31,355 bases of DNA from a virus (taxonomy: Duplodnaviria; Caudoviricetes), in IMG/VR virus record IMGVR_UViG_3300005323_000363, positions 1 through 31,355 of that record. One strand, written 5' to 3'. The notes beneath the pieces are model-generated. The model ran no database searches and had not been told where the DNA came from. It worked only from the letters and a program-made list of their open reading frames with translations. This document shows positions 16,745-25,718 of the stretch, one piece after another (within the stretch, counting starts at the first letter, position 1; the number at the start of each line of letters is the position of its first letter). A program made the translations under genes and the position numbers.

Positions 16745-17704
16745 CTACTTGTTTTTATTGTGATCCGAATACAGTTTACTCAACTGGTCCGTTAACCTCT
16801 TCTTGTCCGCTTCGGTGTGCGGTTTCCTGGAAAGCTCCCTGATCTGCTTGCGAAGATCCCCGGCCTTCTTACTAAAGTCCGCCTCCGTATCCTGCGCGCC
16901 ATGTTCGCCGGCGCCACCGCCGCCCTCCACAGTGCCTTCCTTGACGCCGTATTTAGTCATTACCGAATGCGCGAACCGATAAAACACGCCCAGAACATCG
17001 TTCGGCATGTGATTGTCAATGAACTGTTGATCCTGATCATTCAGCATACCTTTGGTGAAATTGATTACTCCGCCTGCGATCTTCGCGTGGTCTCCCCCGT
17101 CCTTGCCGAAACTCTCTTTTAGGATCTTCTGCAATCCATCTTTTGAGAATCTCTGCTCCATTATGTTTTTCTCTATCTTGGTATAAGCATCGATGATCTT
17201 GTTTGCCATGGCTTTCGGTGCCCCGGCCTGATAAAAAGCCTCCGATATCGCCTCCACTACTTCCTTGTTGGAATTTTCGGGGAACTTATACGCCTTATCC
17301 TTGGGCCTTAACTGGCTAAAAAACGCCTCGACTTCATCCGGAGTGGCATTATCAAAGTCAGGCACTACAGTTTTCTTTCCGGCTAAAGAGTCAAGCGTAT
17401 CAAGCTGCTTATAGACATCATCCAGAGACTTGACCTTTTTGGCCCAGCCTTTCTCTTTATAAACTTCCGGGACTGCAAAGTTACCCGAGCCTGCGGCGGC
17501 TGCACCTCCTCCAGCCCCTCCGTTGCCTGATCCGCTGTCATTGGCGCCTCCTCCTGCGCCACCATCCCCGTCACCCCCGGATCCGCCGGCGCCTCCTCCA
17601 CCCGCCCCAACAGTGCCGCGGTTACCGAGATTAACCAACCCCATCAACAGAAAATTCATTGCCATGCCTGCAAATCCAATCAGAAACATCCATGTCCGCT
17701 TCAT
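16745..17704 (-). CDS. Putative capsid scaffolding protein
   Basis: Gly-rich low-complexity N-terminal region, VPDF...EVEAFFSQL.P...Y motif, position between portal and capsid. Confidence 0.65.
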   Translation of the reverse strand: MKRTWMFLIGFAGMAMNFLLMGLVNLGNRGTVGAGGGGAGGSGGDGDGGAGGGANDSGSGNGGAGGGAAAAGSGNFAVPEVYKEKGWAKKVKSLDDVYKQLDTLDSLAGKKTVVPDFDNATPDEVEAFFSQLRPKDKAYKFPENSNKEVVEAISEAFYQAGAPKAMANKIIDAYTKIEKNIMEQRFSKDGLQKILKESFGKDGGDHAKIAGGVINFTKGMLNDQDQQFIDNHMPNDVLGVFYRFAHSVMTKYGVKEGTVEGGGGAGEHGAQDTEADFSKKAGDLRKQIRELSRKPHTEADKKRLTDQLSKLYSDHNKNK

Positions 17705-18012
17705 TGTCTCTCTCCCCTTTCGATGTTTAATAGCACCTCCGGATCCAATAGCTCCTTAAAAAAGGCCAGAAAGAAATGCCTGTTTGCTTCCTGGGCGGCT
17801 AAAAGAACCGGATTGCTGAATACCCCTCGGTCGCGTTTGTTGACCCCCAGCCAGTTTATCGCCCGCTTGGCCCAGAATTTGCCGTCTTTACTTGCAAATA
17901 TCCTGTTTGCGCATTTTCGCAGTTCGTTCAACTCCTCCGTGCGTGCCTCTTCAACCTTCTTTTTCACTTCGTCTATCTGCATCATCTTCTCTGCCGTAGA
18001 CTGCACTTTCAT
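17701..18012 (-). CDS. Small conserved phage protein after the portal (Bbp19-like position)
   Basis: 103 aa; RIFASKDGK...AAQEANR pattern; ATGA overlaps on both sides. Confidence 0.55.
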   Translation of the reverse strand: MKVQSTAEKMMQIDEVKKKVEEARTEELNELRKCANRIFASKDGKFWAKRAINWLGVNKRDRGVFSNPVLLAAQEANRHFFLAFFKELLDPEVLLNIERGERQ

Positions 18013-19829
18013 TGCTGCCCCCCTTCAACAGGCGCAGACTGTGTTTGTACAGCCTGCGCTTCATCGCGCTTTGCCCCCGCCATGTTCCGTTTAATGTCTG
18101 ATCCAAGTTTCGCCCCCTGCAAAGCCATCAACTGCGCCTGCATAGCCGCTTTCTGCGCTATTGCCTGTTTAAATTCCTCGGCCGTCAGCATAAAGCTTGC
18201 TTTTATGCTTAAGCATGCCTTGAAATCTTCCAGGAACTTATACCAGTCTACCGCCTCGATAATATCCGGGAAGACGGCGGCGACAGCCTGAATAACATTG
18301 AGCATTTTAACCAAGGCTTCAAGCTTCTCGGCGTTGCTTAGTTTATCCAGCGCGTTATTCCACTTGATCTGATACCACGGCTTGCCGGCTTCCTTGGCGG
18401 CAAGCACGGACTGCGGAATCAATTTCTCTGTTTTTCCTGCCTTCAGCAGCTGGTCGTATAGATCTCTTGCCGTCATGCGGTTAACGCCGCTTAAATCGAG
18501 CTCATCCTCGATCGCCACGCAATGATGCACCACCGGATTTAGCGCTTCATCGCGTTGCTGTTGCAGCATGCCGGATAAGGCCTTGTCTCTTATCACGGCA
18601 CGCTGCAGCATCTCCGTGGCAGTTTTGGAGGATTTATCGTTAAAATCCAGGAGTATATCTATCTTAAAAGCCGTTGAGATCTTGTCATTAAAATAGGGTA
18701 TCAGGAACTTTATGATTCCCGTAGGATCCCCCACCTCATGTAACGGAAAAACCGGGGAAGCCTCTCCCTGCCTAAACTCCGGATTGAAAACATTAAGCCC
18801 GTCGGCAGAAGTATCAAGCACGTTATCGCCAAGGATACTGCCGCTCCATAACCCCAAAGAAGGACTGCCGATCTTTTCAAGTATCTCTATCGTCTTGCCC
18901 ACCATATAATTCACGCTGCGTATGGCGCTGATAAGCATAGTTCCGCTTGCCCGTCCGTAGACGTCTCCCCTGACGCGCACCGCCCTGCACACCCCTATGG
19001 GTATGCGCGTGTAGTCTTCTTCAAAAAAAGGTTTGTCGACATCCTCCGTAAACCAGATACCGCGGTATTTTGCTCCGCGTTTGCCCTTAAGCTTCGGATC
19101 GTAATCTTCCCGGGGAATAATCCCGTGGACGATATTGAATTCATCGTTATAACTTGACTCATAAGCTTTCTGGATATCTCCGGGAAGCTTGGAGAATGCC
19201 ACTCCATCAATTTTCCCATTCTTTACGCAGAACTCGGAAACTATCCTGTTTGCGGTCCAACGATACGGGACAAAAATGATGTCCACAAGGCCGCTTTTCC
19301 CCTCGTCTATGATCAGTCCGTCAACCCCGTAATTACGAAAAATAAAAATGTTCTCCTCGGCACCATCCTTGTATCCGCCATTAAGGAACGATCCAAGCCC
19401 GCTTGTCCCAAAGGATACCTGATCGTAAGAATACGTTTTCCCGGCAGAGGCTAAGCCGGCCTGACTATCGTTCATGCGCCCCAGTAGGCGCCTGGTTCTC
19501 CACTCAAAATACCTGGTAACATCCTCACCAAGCAGGTCCGCCATCTCTTTAACATCCTCGCTCGGCATAAGAGAAAAGGCATTGTCTCCATTACCCCAGA
19601 TTATCCCCCAAAGATAATCTCCGGCCTGGTTGACGGATATCGCGGCCGTTGGGTCGTCAATGTATTGATCAAGTTGCTCCGAAGCCCTGCCGTTGCCCGA
19701 CTGCGCGTACTGCGGATCAACGGAGATAGCCACAAGCTGGGCGATCTTCTGCCAGAGAGGTAGATGCTCGGCCCACTTGGTCTTGAGGCCATTAAAAAGC
19801 TCCTTGTAATTTCGGAAGTCTTTTTTCAT
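18009..19829 (-). CDS. Portal protein (head-tail connector, T7 gp8-like)
   Basis: 606 aa; DPTA, FGTS, GDVYGR, KTATE motifs typical of podoviral portals. Confidence 0.85.
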   Translation of the reverse strand: MKKDFRNYKELFNGLKTKWAEHLPLWQKIAQLVAISVDPQYAQSGNGRASEQLDQYIDDPTAAISVNQAGDYLWGIIWGNGDNAFSLMPSEDVKEMADLLGEDVTRYFEWRTRRLLGRMNDSQAGLASAGKTYSYDQVSFGTSGLGSFLNGGYKDGAEENIFIFRNYGVDGLIIDEGKSGLVDIIFVPYRWTANRIVSEFCVKNGKIDGVAFSKLPGDIQKAYESSYNDEFNIVHGIIPREDYDPKLKGKRGAKYRGIWFTEDVDKPFFEEDYTRIPIGVCRAVRVRGDVYGRASGTMLISAIRSVNYMVGKTIEILEKIGSPSLGLWSGSILGDNVLDTSADGLNVFNPEFRQGEASPVFPLHEVGDPTGIIKFLIPYFNDKISTAFKIDILLDFNDKSSKTATEMLQRAVIRDKALSGMLQQQRDEALNPVVHHCVAIEDELDLSGVNRMTARDLYDQLLKAGKTEKLIPQSVLAAKEAGKPWYQIKWNNALDKLSNAEKLEALVKMLNVIQAVAAVFPDIIEAVDWYKFLEDFKACLSIKASFMLTAEEFKQAIAQKAAMQAQLMALQGAKLGSDIKRNMAGAKRDEAQAVQTQSAPVEGGQQ

Positions 19830-19833
19830 TTTT

Positions 19834-20055
19834 TTAGTTACCGTAAAGAGTACCCCTGCGGCTTACCTGCCCAAGGGAAAGTTCCTGGCCTGCTGCTCCG
19901 CCGGCAGTAGCGTACAAAGCGCTGCGTATAGCTTTAGCCTTGGTCTGATCTGTGGTAACGGTTGACTCTGCGTCTGTAGTCGACGCAGCATTATTTTCCG
20001 CCGCGTCATTATTCATACCGAACAACTCGCCTATGCTTTCAAACACGTCGCTCAT
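19834..20055 (-). CDS. Small virion-associated protein preceding the portal
   Basis: 73 aa, Ala/Thr-rich, ends RGTLYGN. Confidence 0.55.
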   Translation of the reverse strand: MSDVFESIGELFGMNNDAAENNAASTTDAESTVTTDQTKAKAIRSALYATAGGAAGQELSLGQVSRRGTLYGN

Positions 20056-20428
20056 TGCTCATTACCTCCTCGTACAACTGCTTCGGGGTTATGATCCACC
20101 ATTTCCTTATCCCCAAAAAATCCTTACATATTCCCACGCAGGTTCTGAAAAACTTTACCCGCGGCTTGCGCATATCTTTACCCCGGACGGTGTGGTTCGC
20201 TACGATACAGCCTTTCTGAATCGCTTCAAACGCCATTTCGCGCGCATCCCGGGAACATTGGTACAGACCCATCCCGCCTTCACTCGGATTAATTACTACG
20301 CTTCCCTGCCCCGAAAGCTGAGTTATCAAGAAACAATGCTCGAAACGCTCATCTATAAAATTCATCCACCAGCGCTTCTTCTCTGCCCGCTTGAACACGA
20401 TTATGAAAGTACGCTGATAATCACTCAT
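20039..20428 (-). CDS. Hypothetical phage protein, possible His/Cys peptidase-like
   Basis: FEHCF...TCVGICKDFLGI...ITPKQLY. Confidence 0.55.
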   Translation of the reverse strand: MSDYQRTFIIVFKRAEKKRWWMNFIDERFEHCFLITQLSGQGSVVINPSEGGMGLYQCSRDAREMAFEAIQKGCIVANHTVRGKDMRKPRVKFFRTCVGICKDFLGIRKWWIITPKQLYEEVMSNERRV

Positions 20429-20501
20429 CGCAACTCACGGTTTGTATAGCCTTCTTTCAATTTCTGGTCAGCTATACGCATTAAACTGAGTGGTACTAAA
20501 G

Positions 20502-21842
20502 CTAAGTCCATTGTCTCCGTTCGTTCTTACGCCGTATCGCCTGCTGCGCGCTGTCCCCCGTCCTGCGTACCTTGCCCAACAGGTACTTTATCGCGTAAAC
20601 TCCCATCATTACCGAATCAGCGTCATCCGGGCTTTCCTTACCTTCCGTGCGCATCTCCTGTTTGGACTGGATATATACCCTGCCATCTCGCAGAAATTTG
20701 CGTTTGATACCCTCCAACTGCTTTATGACGCGATCAAACTTCCCCAGGATTAGCCATTCCTGGTCTATGAAGTCTCTTAGGGCTAAATATCCATCGGTTC
20801 TTTGGTTGCCGGAATTCTTCTCCCGGGCACCTTCTGCCCCGTCAAATCCCTGGATGTCCAGTACCGACTTTGAAATACTTACGTACATCGGGTACCCCAG
20901 ACCGCCTTTATCTACGATCGCAAGATCAGGCTCCCAAAGACTATTTAGGGCCACTGTTTTGCCTACGCTCACATCTGTGTCAGCCTCCCTCCAGCGGCGC
21001 TGATCAGTCAGTTTCCAGTGCACATTGCTTTTGCGCTCAAGCAGTGACGCCACGCAGAACGCCCCACCGGCTCCAGCAAGATCCACAGACAACACCCTTT
21101 GAGGTACGAAGAGATCTCCAAACGGCTGTAGTATTTTTGCCTTATCAAGCTTGGCCATGCTAAACAAGAAGTCTTCGGATTTATCCCGCGGTTCTCCCAG
21201 CCAGATATGCCTGTAGTCTTCCTCGCTTTTTATCCGGCACTCCTCGGCTTCTCTTCTGCTTGTTTCCGGACATTTGGGATTGTCGTAGTAATTGATCTTG
21301 ATATGTAGACAATCTGGACGTCCCACGCAGAAATCATATACAGCGTCATGCCTCACAAAACGGTTCATCGTAAAGAAAATCTTCGCCTTTTCTTTACGGA
21401 TCGTGGGGATAAGCGCCTGCAAGGTTAAAAGCGTTATTGCCTGGGCTTCATCGATCCAGACAACATCAACGCCTTCCATCCCCTTGACGTTGATTGCGCC
21501 GCGTTCCCGGAAACCTCGGAAATTAAACTTTGTACCGGAACCTCTGTGTGTTATGCAGTTCTTGTAGGTATCAAAGAACAAATGATACTTTGAAATCAGA
21601 TCCGAGAGCAGTGTATATACAGATTCTTCGATCGTGTTCTGGATCTCTCGGCCGCATACGATCCTGAGTTTTAACTGCTCGGCCAACCATAGTAACAACC
21701 GCGCCACAGTCTGGGATTTCGCTCCCGCGCGTCCGCCTTCCACCAGGAAGTAGCGGTACTTATTTATCTCTGTAAGCAACGGGCAAAGCTTTGGCGGCAT
21801 ATCCGCCAGCATTTCAGGGACCTCAAGGGTCACACTGTCCAA
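20502..21842 (-). CDS. terL: Terminase large subunit (PBSX-like)
   Basis: GGRAGAKS Walker A, CGREIQNTIEESV, VWIDEAQ Walker B, C-terminal nuclease with SPDDADS; TTG start. Confidence 0.92.
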   Translation of the reverse strand: MDSVTLEVPEMLADMPPKLCPLLTEINKYRYFLVEGGRAGAKSQTVARLLLWLAEQLKLRIVCGREIQNTIEESVYTLLSDLISKYHLFFDTYKNCITHRGSGTKFNFRGFRERGAINVKGMEGVDVVWIDEAQAITLLTLQALIPTIRKEKAKIFFTMNRFVRHDAVYDFCVGRPDCLHIKINYYDNPKCPETSRREAEECRIKSEEDYRHIWLGEPRDKSEDFLFSMAKLDKAKILQPFGDLFVPQRVLSVDLAGAGGAFCVASLLERKSNVHWKLTDQRRWREADTDVSVGKTVALNSLWEPDLAIVDKGGLGYPMYVSISKSVLDIQGFDGAEGAREKNSGNQRTDGYLALRDFIDQEWLILGKFDRVIKQLEGIKRKFLRDGRVYIQSKQEMRTEGKESPDDADSVMMGVYAIKYLLGKVRRTGDSAQQAIRRKNERRQWT

Positions 21843-21853
21843 TTTGTGCCCCC

Positions 21854-22405
21854 TTAACCGATTTCGATCTTCAGCTCTTTTCCCCCGACTTTTATAGCCC
21901 CCATCCGGGTAAAGATGGCTACGCCTCCAGCATTTTCGCCTTTAAACATTCCAAAGTGTTCGCCGAGGTACCCCAGGGCGCGGACTTTGTCGAATATCTT
22001 TACCTTTCGGGTATAGCCGACAAGCTCCCTGTCTTCTCCTTTGCCGTCGAATATCTCATCAACAGTGATACTGGCAATGGCTTTCCCGATCTCGTCCGGA
22101 AGTTCATTTATGGGCTTAAGAGTGCCGTCATCGTTATAAGCCTTGCGCGCGTCTGCTCTTGCTATCAAAGACAATTCCGCAAGCACTTCATCCGCAGACA
22201 TTTGCAGACGCTTGTATTGTTCATTTTTAAGGCGGGAGATTTCTTCCTGTATACTAAGTTTTGCTAAGAGTTGAGCGGCTTGTTCGTTGGCGGTTTTTTG
22301 GGAGTAGCCGGAACGGATTGCGGCTTTGGTACCGTTATAATCAATGATATATTCCCGGCAGAAGCGCAACATTTTAGGGGTTAGGATTTTTACGTTATTG
22401 CTCAT
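21854..22405 (-). CDS. terS: Terminase small subunit
   Basis: LTPKMLRFCREYIIDYNGTKAAIRSGYS...DKVRALGYLGEHFGMF. Confidence 0.92.
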   Translation of the reverse strand: MSNNVKILTPKMLRFCREYIIDYNGTKAAIRSGYSQKTANEQAAQLLAKLSIQEEISRLKNEQYKRLQMSADEVLAELSLIARADARKAYNDDGTLKPINELPDEIGKAIASITVDEIFDGKGEDRELVGYTRKVKIFDKVRALGYLGEHFGMFKGENAGGVAIFTRMGAIKVGGKELKIEIG

Positions 22406-22417
22406 GCGCTATACTCC

Positions 22418-22454
22418 AAAAAAATAAACCCGCCCCGCATTGCGGAACGGGCTT
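22418..22454 (-). terminator. Intrinsic terminator-like hairpin directly before the terS RBS
   Basis: AAGCCCGTTCCGC-AAT-GCGGGGCGGGTTT followed by ATTTTTTT. Confidence 0.6.
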
Positions 22455-22500
22455 AAAGAAACTGAAGCGGCTACTGCCGCTTATATGTCTTACGCTAAGA

Positions 22501-22530
22501 ATTATTACTCTAATCCATACAAAAAGTCAA
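22501..22530 (-). promoter_or_regulatory. Putative late-operon sigma70 promoter
   Basis: TTGACT, 17 bp spacer, TAATAAT on the minus strand upstream of terS. Confidence 0.5.
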
Positions 22531-22537
22531 GAACTTT

Positions 22538-22903
22538 TTATCTCTCCGCAATTTTTATTCCATGCCGCCAATACATCAACTTCTTTTTGAGCATATACTC
22601 TTTTGTTCTACTTGCCGGTGATTTCACGTCCACAACCTCCTTGCTCCCGTCAGGATGTTCAATCACAAAGTCGGCAATGTAATGACACGGCTTGGTGTAA
22701 TCGGTTTTCGGGATCAACTCAAACTTTACCTGATGCTGGAAGTCTTTTATTTCTCCGCACTGCTTTAACTCTAAAAGTCTTATATATTCCCGGCTCTCTT
22801 TTTTACTATCGAACTTAACCCCGCGGCTGGTTACCTTAACATTCCCATACTTACTTCTCTTAGGACGCCGGCCGATCCTCCGCAACAGTGAATACGCAGA
22901 CAT
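22538..22903 (-). CDS. DUF1064-family nuclease
   Basis: SKYGNVK...FDSKKE...Q.KFELIP...YIADF...VVDVK...Y.LKKKL. Confidence 0.8.
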   Translation of the reverse strand: MSAYSLLRRIGRRPKRSKYGNVKVTSRGVKFDSKKESREYIRLLELKQCGEIKDFQHQVKFELIPKTDYTKPCHYIADFVIEHPDGSKEVVDVKSPASRTKEYMLKKKLMYWRHGIKIAER

Positions 22904-23083
22904 TTACTTACCCACCTTTCGAATTCTGATTCTTCGGCCGTTCTTGCTCAGCCGTATTCCGTGATCATTAAGACACGTTTCGTAATGTTTACAGCGCTCT
23001 ACCCCAAGACCCCCGCAACAAAGCAACGCTCCGTGCAAAACAACTATGTTGTCTATATAATGACCCGCTGGACATTTATTCAT
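22904..23083 (-). CDS. Small Cys-rich hypothetical protein (59 aa)
   Basis: Hand translation MNKCPAGHYIDNIVVLHGALLCCGGLGVERCKHYETCLNDHGIRLSKNGRRIRIRKVGK; RBS AAGGAG; fills the gap between neighbours. Confidence 0.55.
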   Translation of the reverse strand: MNKCPAGHYIDNIVVLHGALLCCGGLGVERCKHYETCLNDHGIRLSKNGRRIRIRKVGK

Positions 23084-23252
23084 TGCCGCACTCCTTATCT
23101 TCGCAATTATTCTCCTCCAGGGCTGGAGTAAAAAATATATGCTCTTCAGTATCTTTATTTTGCAGTTCTACCCTGACCCCTTTAGTCTTTTTCTCAATAA
23201 CCGTAATACCTTTTTCAACCACGATCTTAACAAACGGGATTTCTTTTGCCAT
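23076..23252 (-). CDS. Small hypothetical protein (58 aa)
   Basis: ATG at 23252 with RBS GGAGG. Confidence 0.5.
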   Translation of the reverse strand: MAKEIPFVKIVVEKGITVIEKKTKGVRVELQNKDTEEHIFFTPALEENNCEDKECGNE

Positions 23253-24064
23253 TCGCTGACCTCCTTTATGGATTTCGTCCTCGCCTCTATTGCCGCCGGC
23301 CGCGACCACCTTGTTGCCAGCCTCTTCCAGGATCTTGAATATTCAATCGTGTCTTTAGGAGCCCGATACAGCTGAGCAAACGGCATTGCCCCCATACGAT
23401 AAACTTCCCTTAATCGGTGAACATTTTCTTTTGGATTATCTCCGACTAAAACATAACAGTGAATATGACGCCTGGTGAAACCTGCCCTCTTAAGTAGATT
23501 CATCGCTTTATTCAAGGATCTAATTCCTTGCGGCTGATCACAGGCTAACCAAATTTCTTTTATGCGTAGTCCTTGCAAATCTTCTACGATCTTAGATGTT
23601 ATCCGGTTTTTATCCAGCCCGCCCTTAAATTCAATCGCCTTTTGTTTTTTAAGCATGCTCATCACCAACCGCCAGTGCCGAACAGAACACGCGAGGATGT
23701 TGTTATCCTGGACGACATTGCCTTCTGGAAAATCATCAAACTCAATTAACCCGCGACGAACCGTACAAAAAGAACAGTTATTGACGTAACCGCGTGAGGT
23801 TATTGTTACCCCTTTTCGTAAATACATTCCCGCGACAAAAGGCCTATCGCTTTCTCCGTCTATGGCTACACCGCCAAGCTTCACAGGAGCGATATGCTCC
23901 CAATCGATAACCAAACGCTTAGCCTTAGGCATATCCCAGGTAAACTGACAAGATACATGCACTGCATCGTATTTCGGCATAAATAATTCCGGACCGCCAT
24001 AATAAGCGTCAGGATCCACCGGAGACATGCTGGTTTTAACCGGGAATACTCTCGCGATTCTCAA
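23168..24064 (-). CDS. Radical-SAM-like protein with altered cluster motif
   Basis: ITSRGYVNNCSFC, VQDNNILA, IEFKGGLD, HCYVLVG, PFAQLY; first Cys of CxxxCxxC is Tyr. Confidence 0.7.
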   Translation of the reverse strand: MRIARVFPVKTSMSPVDPDAYYGGPELFMPKYDAVHVSCQFTWDMPKAKRLVIDWEHIAPVKLGGVAIDGESDRPFVAGMYLRKGVTITSRGYVNNCSFCTVRRGLIEFDDFPEGNVVQDNNILACSVRHWRLVMSMLKKQKAIEFKGGLDKNRITSKIVEDLQGLRIKEIWLACDQPQGIRSLNKAMNLLKRAGFTRRHIHCYVLVGDNPKENVHRLREVYRMGAMPFAQLYRAPKDTIEYSRSWKRLATRWSRPAAIEARTKSIKEVSEWQKKSRLLRSWLKKVLRLLRKRLKGSG

Positions 24065-25512
24065 CTTATCAACTCCTTACACAACGCCTTTGCCAGCATC
24101 ACCGGCACGGCATTTCCTATCTGTTTTACCTGCGCTTCCCGGTTACCGGTGAAAACATACTCATCACCAAAAGACATTGCCCGGGCCAGTTCGCGCGGTT
24201 TTAACATCCGGAAGTGTATGTCGAGCGTTTGGCCGTTGATCTTCGGTTGGATTAAAGATATTGCTCCGGCTCCTGCGACTGTCGGAATAGGCTTATCTAC
24301 CGATCGGGGTGCGGAACAGCTTTGCTGGCCAAGGACAAAAGGTTGAATAAGCGCAAGACTTTCTTGCCCCGTAATTGTAGGGATGGGCCTGTCCATCCCG
24401 CGTGGAACGGATCTTCCGGTCCTGCCCCACATTTTGTTAATAATAAACGGCTCACACAGTCCTAATTTCTCTTTTGTGGTCTGGGTTGGAACCGGCTTAT
24501 CGATCGATTTCCCATCTGCGTTGTGGCTAAAATGCACCAAGAATGGCCGACATAACCCCATCCGGTCCCGGGTAGTCTGTGTAGGGATAGGTCTATCAAC
24601 TCCCTGCACTTTACTTGCGCCGTAATATTTAACCAAAAACGGTTGACATAGAGCTGTATGATTCCCATTGGCTGTAACGGTAGGAGCAGGACGATTAATT
24701 GATCGGGCTTCTGCGGTACCGTAAAGCTGTACCAGAAACGGCTCCAGTTCTTTTCCGGAGAATCTCTGCAATCCTGCCAATATCCTGTTCATTGTATTCT
24801 GAGCAAGCGGCTTCTTGCGATCGAAGATACTCTGCCCCGGGATAGACCAATCGATAATTTCTCTGGCCGTCCGCCAGCGCTTTGTCCTGCCAAACAATCC
24901 AGCCTCACCATCCGGTGTATGTGTCGGCTCTGGCCATACAATAGGCCTGCGGCCACGCCGAGCGATAATAAATAACCTTTCTCGCGTGGTAGGATCCCCG
25001 TAATAAGCGGCATTTAGCACCCGATAATCCACCTTATAACCCAAAGACGTTAACGCTACCAAAAACGCCCGGAAGGTCTCTCCCTTGCGGCTCTTTAAAG
25101 GCATACCATTTGACCCCAGAGGCCCCCAAGACTGGAATTCCTTGACGTTCTCGATAAGGATATTGTCTATCTTTAAAGCTTCGGCCCAGCGTAAAATGTG
25201 CCATCCAGAGGCGCGCGATTGATCGGAGCAAGGCTTCCCGCCGCGGGCGTTTGAGTGATGTGTGCATTCCGGAGAAGCCACAAGCAGATCAAGATGTCCC
25301 CCAGGGACTACTTTACGCGGGTTTATACTATCCAGAGTTTCACAAATATGATCAGCATAGGGGTGGTTGGCCGAATGAGTGGCGATAGCAATATCCCAAT
25401 GATTAACAGCCAGTAGATTAAGCTTTAATCCTAAAGCCTCACAAGCTTCCTTAAGCCCTTCCGATGTTCCGCCGGCGCCACAAAATAAATCTGCGGCTCT
25501 TATTGTCCGCAT
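24061..25512 (-). CDS. DNA (cytosine-5)-methyltransferase
   Basis: DLFCGAGG (motif I), SPEC (IV), ENV (VI), TTRERLF (VIII), KQIGNAVP (X). Confidence 0.92.
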   Translation of the reverse strand: MRTIRAADLFCGAGGTSEGLKEACEALGLKLNLLAVNHWDIAIATHSANHPYADHICETLDSINPRKVVPGGHLDLLVASPECTHHSNARGGKPCSDQSRASGWHILRWAEALKIDNILIENVKEFQSWGPLGSNGMPLKSRKGETFRAFLVALTSLGYKVDYRVLNAAYYGDPTTRERLFIIARRGRRPIVWPEPTHTPDGEAGLFGRTKRWRTAREIIDWSIPGQSIFDRKKPLAQNTMNRILAGLQRFSGKELEPFLVQLYGTAEARSINRPAPTVTANGNHTALCQPFLVKYYGASKVQGVDRPIPTQTTRDRMGLCRPFLVHFSHNADGKSIDKPVPTQTTKEKLGLCEPFIINKMWGRTGRSVPRGMDRPIPTITGQESLALIQPFVLGQQSCSAPRSVDKPIPTVAGAGAISLIQPKINGQTLDIHFRMLKPRELARAMSFGDEYVFTGNREAQVKQIGNAVPVMLAKALCKELIS

Positions 25513-25703
25513 TTTTTACCCCGGCATTCGCTAAGATGACACAGATATTCTCCGTTTGCATCTTTTGCCACCGGCATACGTTTGCCTTTTTTAGTGACGC
25601 ACCATAAAATATCTGCTCCGCAATATTTACATTTACCGGTTACTTTTCCAAACGAGCCGAGAGTTACCACCACTCCGCTTTTAAGCTTTATCTCACCTGC
25701 CAT
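25500..25703 (-). CDS. Small Zn-finger protein
   Basis: CKYCGADILW...GKRMPV...H...C. Confidence 0.6.
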   Translation of the reverse strand: MAGEIKLKSGVVVTLGSFGKVTGKCKYCGADILWCVTKKGKRMPVAKDANGEYLCHLSECRGKKCGQ

Positions 25704-25718
25704 GCTCCCCCCTTGGAT

